NCBI GenBank assembly: GCA_012517285.1 | Contig: JAAYVG010000023.1 | Span: forward strand, 16,925 to 80,924 | Source: Elusimicrobiota bacterium | Lineage (GTDB): Bacteria > Elusimicrobiota > Elusimicrobia > Elusimicrobiales > UBA9959 | Length of the DNA: 64,000 nucleotides | Direction: 5' to 3' | Shown here: in pieces, positions 8,900 to 18,491 of the stretch | Layout: every line of letters starts with the position of its first letter | Position numbering within the stretch: the stretch's first letter is position 1 | Notes under the pieces: generated by a model | The model's input: the letters and a program-made list of their open reading frames with translations, nothing else | Databases searched by the model: none | Told to the model about the DNA's origin: nothing | Translations under genes and position numbers: made by a program

Positions 8900-10116
8900 C
8901 AACTGTTAGAGGATTTAAGGATATACTCTATCCTCAATCAGAACTTTTTACAGCGATTGAGATTGCAGCAAGAGAAATTTTTAAGATATATAATTATAAG
9001 GAGATAAGGCTTCCAACGGTTGAATACTATGAGTTATTTGTAAAATCAACAGGCGAGACAACTGATATAGTTGAAAAGGAAATGTATAAGTTTGAGGATC
9101 AATCAAAAAGAATGCTTGCTCTAAGACCTGAGGGCACCCCTGGCATTGTAAGGGCTTATATAAATTCAAATCTTAACCTTAAAGGGGAAAACTCCAAATT
9201 CTTTTATATAGGAAATATGTTCAGAGCAGAACGGCCGCAGGCAGGAAGATACAGAGAGTTTGAACAGATAGGAGCAGAGTATTTGGGCAATGCTTCACCG
9301 TATGCTGATGCAGAAGTCATCATGATGCTGGACAGCTTTTTAAAAAAGTTAGGAATAAAATCATACACACCAGAAATAAATTCTATAGGATGCACAGAAT
9401 GTAGAAAGAAATACAGAGGGGTTTTAATAAATCATTTAAAGAATATTGATCTGTGTGATGACTGCAAAAACAGGATTGGAAGAAATCCCTTAAGAGTTCT
9501 TGACTGTAAAACAGACCGAGATAAGCTGAAGGATATACCTCATATAGAGCTCTGCACAGATTGTAGGACACACTATGAATCAGTAAAAAATATACTTACA
9601 ACAAACAATTTAAAATTTAAAGAGAATTATTTTCTTGTAAGAGGGCTTGATTATTATACAAGGACAGTTTTTGAGTTTAAAACAGATCAGTTGGGTTCAC
9701 AGGATGCAGTGGCGTCAGGTGGAAGATATGACACCCTTGTCAAATCTATGGGAGGACCTGATTCTCCAAGCGTTGGCTGGGCAGCTGGAGTAGAAAGAAT
9801 AGCCATGCTTGTTGAAAAGAACGATACACTCATAAAAGAAAAAGATCTTTTTTTTGTTGTTTCTATGGATAAGGCCTATTCAGAGTACTGTTTAAAAATA
9901 TTAACTGAACTGAGAAAGAATAACATAAGGGCAGATTTTTCAAATTTTTCAGTTAGCATTAAATCACAGCTAAGAAGTGCAAATTCAAATGGTGCTAAAT
10001 ATGCATTAATAATTGGTGATGATGAATATAAAACAAACACAATCACACTGAAAAATCTTTCAAATGGTGAGCAAAAAAAGACTAACTTGAATGAAATAAT
10101 ACAGATTATGCACTGA
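8893..10116 (+). CDS. hisS: Histidyl-tRNA synthetase
   Basis: GFKD start, LRPEGT, and class II motif 2 FRAERPQAGRYREFEQIG. GGRYD and an anticodon-binding C-terminal domain. Confidence 0.9.
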   Translation: MLTTVRGFKDILYPQSELFTAIEIAAREIFKIYNYKEIRLPTVEYYELFVKSTGETTDIVEKEMYKFEDQSKRMLALRPEGTPGIVRAYINSNLNLKGENSKFFYIGNMFRAERPQAGRYREFEQIGAEYLGNASPYADAEVIMMLDSFLKKLGIKSYTPEINSIGCTECRKKYRGVLINHLKNIDLCDDCKNRIGRNPLRVLDCKTDRDKLKDIPHIELCTDCRTHYESVKNILTTNNLKFKENYFLVRGLDYYTRTVFEFKTDQLGSQDAVASGGRYDTLVKSMGGPDSPSVGWAAGVERIAMLVEKNDTLIKEKDLFFVVSMDKAYSEYCLKILTELRKNNIRADFSNFSVSIKSQLRSANSNGAKYALIIGDDEYKTNTITLKNLSNGEQKKTNLNEIIQIMH

Positions 10117-10117
10117 C

Positions 10118-10162
10118 CCTGCCTGCGCCGAAGCGGCTTCGGCAGGCAGGCACTGGTCACTG
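10118..10162. repeat. GC-rich palindrome CCTGCCTGCGCCGAAGCGGCTTCGGCAGGCAGG plus a CACTGGTCACTG word, in the 64-bp hisS-aspS spacer
   Basis: Read directly. One of 6 copies in the window. Confidence 0.85.
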
Positions 10163-10180
10163 TTTTAGCGGAGGTTTTAT

Positions 10181-11929
10181 ATGATGAGAACACATACATG
10201 TGGAGAGCTTTCAGACAAAAACGTTGGAGAGAAGGTTACGCTTTGTGGATGGTTAGATTCAAAAAGAAATCATGGTGGAGTTCTATTCCTTATATTAAGA
10301 GATTTATATGGTATAACTCAGGTTGTAGTTGAACCAAAAAATAATTTTTTTTCAGTAGCTGAAAATTTGAGGAGTGAGTATGTAGTAAAGGTTGATGGCG
10401 AAGTAAGGAAAAGGCCCGAAGGAAATGAGAACAGGAATCTGCCAACAGGGGGGATAGAAGTTTTAATGGATAAAATTGAAATATTAAACACATCAGAAGA
10501 ACTTCCATTTGCTATTGCTGAGTATATAAATGTAAGCGAAGAAACAAGACTCAAATACAGATACCTTGATATAAGAAGAGAAACTCTTAAGAAGAATCTT
10601 GTGATCAGAAGCAATATAGCACAGGTTGTTAGAAATTATCTGGTAAAAAATAAATTCTATGAGATAGAAACACCAATACTAACAAAATCAACACCTGAAG
10701 GAGCAAGAGATTTTCTTGTTCCATCAAGGATCAACCCGGGAAAGTTTTATGCACTTCCACAGTCTCCTCAGATGTTTAAACAAATTCTTATGATAAGTGG
10801 TATGGATAGGTATTTTCAGTTAGCAAGAAACTTCAGGGATGAGGACCTCAGAAGTGATAGACAGTTAGAACATACACAGATAGATATGGAGATGAGTTTT
10901 GTTGATGAAAAGGATGTGGCGGTTGTTGTAGAAGGGATGATGAAAGAGATATTCTCAAGCATTGGAGAAACAATTGAGACACCATTCATTGATATGGAAT
11001 ATGATGAAGCTATGGAAAAATACGGTACTGACAAACCGGACATAAGATTTGGATATGAAATAAAAGATATAACTGAAATATTTAAAAATACTGATTTTAA
11101 AATATTTAGACAGATAATAGATTCTGGTGGAGTTATAAAGGCAATAAATGCAAAAAATGTTCATAATTACTCAAGGAGTGAGATAGATAAACTCACAGAA
11201 ACACTTAAGTTAAATGGAGCAAAGGGGCTTGTATGGTTAAAGATGAAGGATGGCAAGATTGAATCATCAATTATTAAATTTTTAAAGGATGATGATATAA
11301 AAAATCTTAATGAAAAACTTAACATAACTGATGGTGATACAGTGTTTATAGCAAGCGATAACAGAAAAGATATATTAAAATATATAGGAATTCTTAGGAA
11401 TGAGATAATAAAAAATGATAAAAATCCTTCAAAGAAATGGGCTTTTTTATGGATAAGACATTTTCCACTTCTTGAATGGAAAGCAGATGAAAATAGATAT
11501 GATGCCACGCATAATCCGTTTACTGCACCTATGCCTGAAGAGCTTTATAAGCTTGATATAAAGGAAGAGCTTGAAAACATAAAATCATGTCAGTATGATC
11601 TTGTGTTAAATGGTGTGGAATTAGGCTCTGGTTCTGTAAGAAATCATAGGAAAGAGATTCAGGAAAAAATTTTTAGGCTTATGGGATATGATGACAGACA
11701 GATACAGGAAAAATTTTCTATGATAATGAATGCACTTTCCTATGGTGCGCCGCCACATGGTGGTATAGGAATAGGTCTTGATAGACTCGTAGCTATTATA
11801 TGTGGCTATGAGTCAATAAGAGAGGTTATTGCATTTCCTAAGACTACAAGCGGACTCTGCCCTATGACTGATGCCCCATCAGCAGTTGATGAAAAACAGC
11901 TTAAAGAGCTTCATATAAAGGATATATAA
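10181..11929 (+). CDS. aspS: Aspartyl-tRNA synthetase (bacterial type)
   Basis: MRTHTCGEL start, OB-fold N-terminus, [17 protein letters not shown] motif 2, [10 protein letters not shown] motif 3. Confidence 0.93.
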   Translation: MMRTHTCGELSDKNVGEKVTLCGWLDSKRNHGGVLFLILRDLYGITQVVVEPKNNFFSVAENLRSEYVVKVDGEVRKRPEGNENRNLPTGGIEVLMDKIEILNTSEELPFAIAEYINVSEETRLKYRYLDIRRETLKKNLVIRSNIAQVVRNYLVKNKFYEIETPILTKSTPEGARDFLVPSRINPGKFYALPQSPQMFKQILMISGMDRYFQLARNFRDEDLRSDRQLEHTQIDMEMSFVDEKDVAVVVEGMMKEIFSSIGETIETPFIDMEYDEAMEKYGTDKPDIRFGYEIKDITEIFKNTDFKIFRQIIDSGGVIKAINAKNVHNYSRSEIDKLTETLKLNGAKGLVWLKMKDGKIESSIIKFLKDDDIKNLNEKLNITDGDTVFIASDNRKDILKYIGILRNEIIKNDKNPSKKWAFLWIRHFPLLEWKADENRYDATHNPFTAPMPEELYKLDIKEELENIKSCQYDLVLNGVELGSGSVRNHRKEIQEKIFRLMGYDDRQIQEKFSMIMNALSYGAPPHGGIGIGLDRLVAIICGYESIREVIAFPKTTSGLCPMTDAPSAVDEKQLKELHIKDI

Positions 11930-11959
11930 GAGATTATTTTAATTTTATAGAGAGGTAGT

Positions 11960-12838
11960 ATGAATAATTATCCTGACTGGATATTAAAGGCAATCAAAAA
12001 AAATAAAAAGGACTTGAGCAGTGAAGGTATTGCTGTTGAAACAAAAAAAGAACTAGGGGATTATTTCGCAAATACTATATGCTATGAGGCACTATGTCCT
12101 AATAAAGGAGAGTGCTTTAAGAGCAAACATGCAACATTTCTAATACTTGGGACTAAGTGTACGAGAAATTGTCGTTTCTGTGCTGTTGATAAATCGAAGC
12201 CTCTTCCACCTGATCCAAAGGAGCCAAAAAGGATAGCAGATATCGCCAGTAAGTGGAATATAAAGTATCTTGTTTTTACATCACCAACAAGGGATGATTT
12301 AAATGATGGCGGAGCATATCATTTTGCAAGGACAATAGAAACGATAAGAGAGATTTCGCCTGCTACAATGACAGAGCCACTTATACCTGATTTCAGGGGT
12401 GATATAAAGTCACTTGAAACTGTTATCTCTGCTAGACCAACTGTTCTTTCTCACAACATAGAAACTGTTCCACGGCTTTACAGTGATATAAGAGGTATGG
12501 CATCATATGAAAGATCTTTAAATATATTAAAAATGTCAAAAAAAATAGATCCTGATATCCCTACTAAATCATCAATAATAATAGGTATGGGTGAGATGAT
12601 GGATGAAATAAAGCAAACGTTGATTGATTTAAATAAAAATTTATGTGATATAGTTGTTATAGGCCAGTATCTTTCACCTTCAAACAAACATTATCCTGTA
12701 AAAAAATATTATACCCACAAAGAATTTGATATATTAAAAGACTTTGCTCTTTCAATAGGAATAAAATCAGTTGTATCAGAACCGCTTGCAAGAAGCTCTT
12801 ATAAGGCATTGGAAGCCTATAAAAAAGCTATTAATTAA
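11960..12838 (+). CDS. lipA: Lipoyl synthase
   Basis: N-terminal auxiliary-cluster cysteines (CYEALCPNKGEC) and radical-SAM CTRNCRFC. Confidence 0.9.
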   Translation: MNNYPDWILKAIKKNKKDLSSEGIAVETKKELGDYFANTICYEALCPNKGECFKSKHATFLILGTKCTRNCRFCAVDKSKPLPPDPKEPKRIADIASKWNIKYLVFTSPTRDDLNDGGAYHFARTIETIREISPATMTEPLIPDFRGDIKSLETVISARPTVLSHNIETVPRLYSDIRGMASYERSLNILKMSKKIDPDIPTKSSIIIGMGEMMDEIKQTLIDLNKNLCDIVVIGQYLSPSNKHYPVKKYYTHKEFDILKDFALSIGIKSVVSEPLARSSYKALEAYKKAIN

Positions 12839-12859
12839 AAGAATGATAGGGGCTTTGAA

Positions 12860-13342
12860 TTGGAAAAAGAAATTAAAATATCAGGTGTTACAAAGGAAGA
12901 AAGATATATATCATTGCTCTCACAGATTGAGTCATTGATATTATATGAAACTGACTTGATTGCTGGCCTGTCCAATTTTTCATCAGCAATACACTTTGGT
13001 TTTAACTTTTTCTGGACTGGATTTTATCTGATCAAGAACTCCGAGCTTGTTCTTGGTCCATTTCAGGGACCTGTGGCATGTTCAAGAATTGCCTATGGTA
13101 AGGGAGTTTGTGGAAAGTGCTGGGAGAAAAAGGATGTAATAATAGTTGATGATGTGAATAGATTTCCTGGTCATATTGCCTGTTCATCACTTTCAAAATC
13201 TGAAATGGCAATCCCTGTTTTTGATAAAACCAATGAGATTGTAGCTGTTTTTGATATAGACTCTGATAAATTATCATTCTTTGATGAAATAGATAAGAAA
13301 TATATTGTTCAAGCGGTTTCATACCTTTCACATTTATTTTAA
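12860..13342 (+). CDS. msrC: GAF-domain protein, free methionine-(R)-sulfoxide reductase-like
   Basis: The pattern GFYL...LVLGPFQGPVACSRIAYGKGVCG is typical of fRMsr/YebR. A TTG start is implied. Confidence 0.65.
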   Translation: MEKEIKISGVTKEERYISLLSQIESLILYETDLIAGLSNFSSAIHFGFNFFWTGFYLIKNSELVLGPFQGPVACSRIAYGKGVCGKCWEKKDVIIVDDVNRFPGHIACSSLSKSEMAIPVFDKTNEIVAVFDIDSDKLSFFDEIDKKYIVQAVSYLSHLF

Positions 13343-13343
13343 A

Positions 13344-14495
13344 ATGAATATATTTTTTCACGAGACCAATTCTAATAAATATTCTATAAACACACTTACA
13401 AGAGCTGTCGAGGACATAGAAAATTTAAAACTATATTTTTTTTCAAATTACAAAGATATAAAAAATTTAATTAAAAAAAATGATGTCATTGCTTTTTCCT
13501 TTATGACTCATAATGAAGATGATGAAAAAAAACTTGCTATGACAATAGAAGCTGAGCATTATGGAATAAGGTTGATAGCAGGTGGTCCTGCAATAACAGA
13601 TAAAAACACAGATAAGTTTGTTCAAATATTTGATAATCTGTTTATTGGTGAGGGAGAGGAGATACTAAGAGATTTTATATCTGGGAAAATTAAAAAAATA
13701 GCAGTGAATAATCAACATGTTGATATAAATAAATATGGCTCTGTCTCAGAAAAATATAAGAGATTTGGCTCAATTGAAATAACAAGGGGATGTCCTTACG
13801 GATGCTTTTACTGTGAGACATCCAATATTATGGGGAAAATTCAAAGGCATAAAAGATTAGAATTAATAAGAAAGGAAATAGAGATATTATTAAGAAATAA
13901 TTTTAAAGATATAAGATTTATAACACCTGATTTAGCATCATATGGTTCAAAAGATGGAATTACACCTGATTTAAAAGAGTTTAACAGATTTGTGGATATG
14001 GTTTGTGAAATTGTGAAAGGAAGGGGTAGAGTTTTTCTTGGAAGTTTTCCTTCAGAGATAAGACCCGAGCATATATCTGATGAACTCTGTGAGATATTGA
14101 AAGGAAGGACATCAAGCAAAACTATAATAATAGGTGCTCAGAGTGGGAGTGATGAAATACTAAAAAAAATAAACAGAAGGCACAGTGTCGATGATGTAAT
14201 AAAAGCTGTTGCAACGCTTGTAAAGTATGGTTTTAGTGTTGATGTCGATTTTATCTTTGGTTTTCCATTTGAAACAGAAGAAACATTAAATGATACAAAA
14301 AAATTAATAACTCTGTTGATTCAAAAATATAGAGCAAGGATTCATATTCATTATTTTATGCCACTTCCTAGCACTCCATTTGAAAATCTGACTCCAAAAC
14401 TATTAACAAAAGAGCTAAGGAAATATCTCTCATCTCTTACATCAAAAAAATTAGCGTTCGGTCAGTGGGAAAACCAGTTAGGACAAAAGTCCTAA
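13344..14495 (+). CDS. B12-binding-domain/radical SAM family protein
   Basis: ITRGCPYGCFYCET CxxxCxxC motif preceded by a Rossmann-like N-terminal domain. Start moved to MNIFFHE, just after the upstream stop. Confidence 0.7.
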   Translation: MNIFFHETNSNKYSINTLTRAVEDIENLKLYFFSNYKDIKNLIKKNDVIAFSFMTHNEDDEKKLAMTIEAEHYGIRLIAGGPAITDKNTDKFVQIFDNLFIGEGEEILRDFISGKIKKIAVNNQHVDINKYGSVSEKYKRFGSIEITRGCPYGCFYCETSNIMGKIQRHKRLELIRKEIEILLRNNFKDIRFITPDLASYGSKDGITPDLKEFNRFVDMVCEIVKGRGRVFLGSFPSEIRPEHISDELCEILKGRTSSKTIIIGAQSGSDEILKKINRRHSVDDVIKAVATLVKYGFSVDVDFIFGFPFETEETLNDTKKLITLLIQKYRARIHIHYFMPLPSTPFENLTPKLLTKELRKYLSSLTSKKLAFGQWENQLGQKS

Positions 14496-14578
14496 AAAAA
14501 ATAAGGAATTAAGCCTTTGATATTATGATGTTGTTCAGTTATAACATAAATGTTATTTAAATTGTGGAGGATTATAGA

Positions 14579-15412
14579 ATGAAAAAGGTATTAATGGTTG
14601 TTTCGTTGTTTATAATGGTTTCAGGTGTCAGAGCTAATGATTTCAGCTTTGATAACCCGAGTGGCACAAGCATAAGAGAAAACTTTGTATCTGTTGAGTT
14701 GCCAGACGCAGTTTATCAGAGGGATGCTGATATTCCTGCTATAGAAAAGATAGTTGGTGGAGTAACCGCTAATAAAGGAGAATTCCCGTTTATAGTCTCC
14801 CTTCAAAACTCATCATACGGTCACTACTGCGGTGGATCTCTTATAAAGCCTAACTGGGTTCTTACTGCTGCGCACTGCGTGGATGGTATATCACCAGACT
14901 ATATACTTATAGGTCTTTATCGTTTAAATGACACCACAGGTGTGGAAAAGATTTCTCCTAAAAGAATAATTAAGAATCCTGGATGGAATTCAGATACAAT
15001 GGATTATGATTATGCTTTAATTCAATTAAATGCTAATTCAAGATATACACCTGCGCAGTTGAATTCAAAGGAGTTGAACAATGTAACCTTTACAGTAGCA
15101 GGGTGGGGAACAACAAGCGAAAATGGGAGTGTTTCAAATACTCTGATGAAGGTAAATGTTCCTATGGTTTCAAACGATGTATGCAATAAGTCATATTCTG
15201 GACAGATAACAGATAGAATGATATGTGCAGGATATGCAAATGGTGGTAAGGATTCCTGTCAGGGTGACAGCGGTGGTCCTCTTATATATAACAATACACT
15301 TGCAGGAGTTGTTAGCTGGGGCGAGGGATGTGCAAGACCGGGAAAATATGGTGTATATTCAAATGTAACAAAAGCCCTTTCTTGGATTAATTCAACCACT
15401 TCGTCATACTAA
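14579..15412 (+). CDS. Secreted S1A trypsin-like serine protease (chymotrypsin fold, zymogen-type IVGG N-terminus)
   Basis: Signal peptide, IVGG activation site, LTAAHC (His), DYDYALI (Asp), CQGDSGGPL (Ser) and conserved Cys pairs. SD GGAGGA lies before the ATG at 14579. Confidence 0.9.
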   Translation: MKKVLMVVSLFIMVSGVRANDFSFDNPSGTSIRENFVSVELPDAVYQRDADIPAIEKIVGGVTANKGEFPFIVSLQNSSYGHYCGGSLIKPNWVLTAAHCVDGISPDYILIGLYRLNDTTGVEKISPKRIIKNPGWNSDTMDYDYALIQLNANSRYTPAQLNSKELNNVTFTVAGWGTTSENGSVSNTLMKVNVPMVSNDVCNKSYSGQITDRMICAGYANGGKDSCQGDSGGPLIYNNTLAGVVSWGEGCARPGKYGVYSNVTKALSWINSTTSSY

Positions 15413-15428
15413 TTAGATAGTTAAATTG

Positions 15429-15470
15429 AAAACAAGGGCTTTTCTTTTAAAAGAAAAGCCCTTGTTTTCG
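15429..15470 (+). terminator. Rho-independent terminator (potentially bidirectional between convergent genes)
   Basis: AAAACAAGGGCTTTTCTTTT / AAAAGAAAAGCCCTTGTTTT perfect hairpin. Confidence 0.8.
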
Positions 15471-15534
15471 TAGCTTGATATTATTGTGTATTTTTTTTAT
15501 TAAGAAGTAACCTCGTAGACTACTTTTCTTCTTC

Positions 15535-15665
15535 CTAAACAACTAAATAACCAGACAACCAGATAACCAATTTGCTTTTCTGTCTTCTGTTTTCTGTCCC
15601 TGCCTACGCCGAATCGGCTTCGGCAGGCAGGATCTGAGTTCTGACATCTGTTTACATCTCGATGA
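15535..15665. repeat. Mosaic intergenic repeat block: the AACCAGACAACCAGATAACC word, the CTGTCTTCTGTTTTCTGTC word, a palindrome copy at 15598-15631, and the CATCTCGATGATTA word
   Basis: Read directly. The same words, in a different order and orientation, occur at 6014-6620. Confidence 0.85.
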
Positions 15666-16220
15666 TTATAATCCTAACTCATCTGATATCTCCTTCATAG
15701 CAGAAAGAGATAATGAAAGAAAATCATTTAATGAGATACCTAATTTTTCGCATTCTTTTATGCTTTCGCGTCTTGCACCAGCTGCAAATCTTTTATCCTT
15801 AAATCTTTTTATAACAGATTCATTTTTAACACCTGAAAGTTTTTTATCAGGCATAATAAGTGCAGTAGCAGTGATAAGTCCTGTAACAGTTTCTCCGCAT
15901 CTTAAAGCAATATGAAATTTTTCATCAGATCTGGTATCCCATGCTTCTTCATTGTGCATCTTTATTGCCTCTATTATATCATCAGTTATTCCCAGCCTTT
16001 TTAATATATCAACTGCCTTTTTTGTATGTTCCTTTGGGTCTTCTTTTGTTAGTTCTACATCTATATCATGGAGTATCCCTGCAAGCCCCCATTTTTCTCT
16101 GTCCTCTCCTAACTTGTCAGCAAGCGAACGCATAACAGCCCAGCTTGCAAGTGAGTGCTTTATAAGGTTTTCATTTGTTATATATTTTTTTAGTATATCA
16201 AGAGCTTCGTTTTTGTCCAT
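15666..16220 (-). CDS. HD-domain (HDIG-type) metal-dependent phosphohydrolase
   Basis: H..AGILHDID motif. Start placed at MDKNEALD, directly after the asnS stop. Confidence 0.75.
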   Translation of the reverse strand: MDKNEALDILKKYITNENLIKHSLASWAVMRSLADKLGEDREKWGLAGILHDIDVELTKEDPKEHTKKAVDILKRLGITDDIIEAIKMHNEEAWDTRSDEKFHIALRCGETVTGLITATALIMPDKKLSGVKNESVIKRFKDKRFAAGARRESIKECEKLGISLNDFLSLSLSAMKEISDELGL

Positions 16221-16221
16221 A

Positions 16222-17622
16222 TTAAAACTCCGCATATCCAGGGACTCTTGGATATGCACACACATCTCTTATATTTGATATTCCGGTCACAAGCATCATC
16301 ATCCTTTCAAAACCTAAACCAAAACCACTGTGTGGGACAGTTCCAAACCTTCTAAGATCCAAATACCACCAGTATAAGTCTGGGTTCATATTAAATTCTT
16401 TCATCTTATTGGTAAGTACATCAAGCCTCTCTTCCCTTTCACTGCCACCAATGAGCTCGCCGATCCTTGGGACAAGCAGATCCATACCCCTTACTGTTTT
16501 TCCATCATCATTGAGTTTCATATAAAAAGCTGCAACATCCTTTGGCTTGTTATACATTATAATTGGTTTCTTAAAGTATTTTTCAACAAGAAATCTTTCA
16601 TGCTCACTGGCAAGGTCAACTCCCCAGCTAACCTTTATTTCAAACCTATCATTTTCCTTTTCAAGAATATTCACAGCATCGCTGTACTGAAGTCTTTCAT
16701 ATTTTGTCTCAGTAACATTTGAAAGATTTTCCATAAGCTTTGGTTCAACAAATTTGGCAAAAAGCTCCAGATCAAGAGAACAGTTTTTTATAACATCTCT
16801 TGTGATGCTTTTAACAAAATCTTCAGCCAAGTCCATATCATCATAGAGATCATAAAATGCCATCTCAGGCTCAATCATCCAAAACTCTGATGCATGACGG
16901 TATGTGTTTGAGTTCTCTGCTCTAAAGGTTGGCCCAAATGTATAGATCTTTCCTAATGCAAGAGCAAGGGTTTCTCCCTCTAACTGTCCAGACACTGTAA
17001 GATATGTTCTTTTTTCAAAAAGATCCTTTGAAAAATCTATATTGCCGTTTGCATCAACCGGAAGATTTTTGATGTTTCCTATATCAAATGATGTGACAGA
17101 GAACATCTCACCAGCTCCCTCACAATCAGAGGTAGTTATGAGCGGGGTATGGACATAAAAAAAGCCATTATCTCTAAAGTATTTATGTATTGCAAAGCTG
17201 AGTTCAGAGCGAATTCTTAGCATTGCAGCATATTTGTTTGTCCTTGGTCTGAGATGAGCAATAGTTCTTAAAAACTCATCAGATGTCTTTTTTTTCTGTA
17301 TAGGATAGCTTTCCTGAGGGCATTTGCCGAGAAGTTCTATACTTTTCGCTATAAGCTCATATCTCTGTCCTTTAGCAGGAGAAGGGACGAGATCCCCTAT
17401 GACCTTTATTGACGCCCCATTTATAACATCAGAAAGTATATGCTTAAAATTTTCATCCTCATTGTTTATGACAATCTGAAGGTTCTGCCTTGTTGAACCA
17501 TCATTTATTTCAGCAAATGACTGTTTTTTTAAATCTCTTCTTGTCTTAACCCATCCCATTACTGTTATATTACTTATCACTGATTCTGATGCAAGCAATT
17601 CCTTAATCGTTTTTGACTTCAT
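16222..17622 (-). CDS. asnS: Asparaginyl-tRNA synthetase
   Basis: Class IIb OB-fold N-terminus, FRAENSNT.RH..EFWM.EPE motif 2, GFGLGFERM motif 3. Confidence 0.92.
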   Translation of the reverse strand: MKSKTIKELLASESVISNITVMGWVKTRRDLKKQSFAEINDGSTRQNLQIVINNEDENFKHILSDVINGASIKVIGDLVPSPAKGQRYELIAKSIELLGKCPQESYPIQKKKTSDEFLRTIAHLRPRTNKYAAMLRIRSELSFAIHKYFRDNGFFYVHTPLITTSDCEGAGEMFSVTSFDIGNIKNLPVDANGNIDFSKDLFEKRTYLTVSGQLEGETLALALGKIYTFGPTFRAENSNTYRHASEFWMIEPEMAFYDLYDDMDLAEDFVKSITRDVIKNCSLDLELFAKFVEPKLMENLSNVTETKYERLQYSDAVNILEKENDRFEIKVSWGVDLASEHERFLVEKYFKKPIIMYNKPKDVAAFYMKLNDDGKTVRGMDLLVPRIGELIGGSEREERLDVLTNKMKEFNMNPDLYWWYLDLRRFGTVPHSGFGLGFERMMMLVTGISNIRDVCAYPRVPGYAEF

Positions 17623-18164
17623 TTTTTTCTCCTGTTTTTTTTAGGCTCAATATCCTTATCAGAAAGCTTTGAAACAGAAACAAGTTCTACAAAACAATTC
17701 TTATCCTCGGCTGAATAATCTTCCATAACATAGCCTACATCAGGTGCATAGTATCTTGAAGCCATTCCTGCATCTCCACCTGCTATCTTTGTTAACACCT
17801 TTACACAATTAGAAAATTTGCCAGCTTTTATGGAAACCTTATCAGTCATTGAAACTATTTCATTTGCGTCGGGATATTCATCCCATTTAAACCCTTCTTT
17901 TGGATTTACTGGTATCTCCTTTCTTCCACCCACCACTATACCATCTGTGGTTATGACCCATTTATCATCTTTTTTTATCTTAAATTCTGTTATATGTTCA
18001 TCTCTTAAAATAAATGTCATTCTTGCATTTGCTGTTGTCATTTTATTTTTTTGTGTAATATCAATTATGTCTATATAAACCTTTGCAATACCATCGAACT
18101 CAGAGCTTTTAAAATCATATTCATATCTTGTTTTTCCTTTAAGCGGGAAGTAATTCTTAGGCAT
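17619..18164 (-). CDS. Hypothetical protein (181 aa) translationally coupled to asnS
   Basis: ATGA overlap with the asnS start and coding-like composition. No motif recognised. Confidence 0.5.
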   Translation of the reverse strand: MPKNYFPLKGKTRYEYDFKSSEFDGIAKVYIDIIDITQKNKMTTANARMTFILRDEHITEFKIKKDDKWVITTDGIVVGGRKEIPVNPKEGFKWDEYPDANEIVSMTDKVSIKAGKFSNCVKVLTKIAGGDAGMASRYYAPDVGYVMEDYSAEDKNCFVELVSVSKLSDKDIEPKKNRRKK

Positions 18165-18340
18165 ATAAACTCCTTGATAGATTCATCATTTATAATAATT
18201 ATATCAAATTTTAAAAATCAAAAATTTGCTAAAATAGAATAATAGATCTATTATAGAATGGTTGATTTTAGAAAACAAACGAACATATAAAGATATTGGT
18301 GTATTTTTGCATTTTTATTTATTTTTTAAAATCATTTTAT

Positions 18341-18413
18341 GGGCGTGTAGCTCAGTTGGGAGAGCGCCCCGTTCGCAACGGGGAGGTCGTGGGTTCAAAT
18401 CCCATCACGTCCA
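18341..18413 (+). tRNA. tRNA-Ala (anticodon CGC)
   Basis: The cloverleaf folds by eye. The acceptor stem GGGCGTG/CACGTCC carries the G3:U70 Ala identity pair. The anticodon stem-loop reads CCCCG-TTCGCAA-CGGGG, and a GGTTCAAATCC T-arm is present. No CCA is encoded. Confidence 0.93.
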
Positions 18414-18491
18414 TAAAACAGGCAACAGATGTCAGAAGACAGAAAAAAAGAAAAGTTCTTTTAAATTCTGATTTCTGGGAAATGTATAGTT

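Noticed and set aside
13305-13343. 13-codon N-terminal extension of the radical SAM ORF
   Set aside because: It overlaps the end of the GAF gene. The ATG at 13344 directly follows the upstream stop.
8893-17622. Clustering of four aminoacyl-tRNA synthetase genes (hisS, aspS, asnS; tyrS at 23303) as a special 'system'
   Set aside because: They lie on different strands and in different operons, with unrelated genes between them. This is most simply coincidence within a core-genome region.
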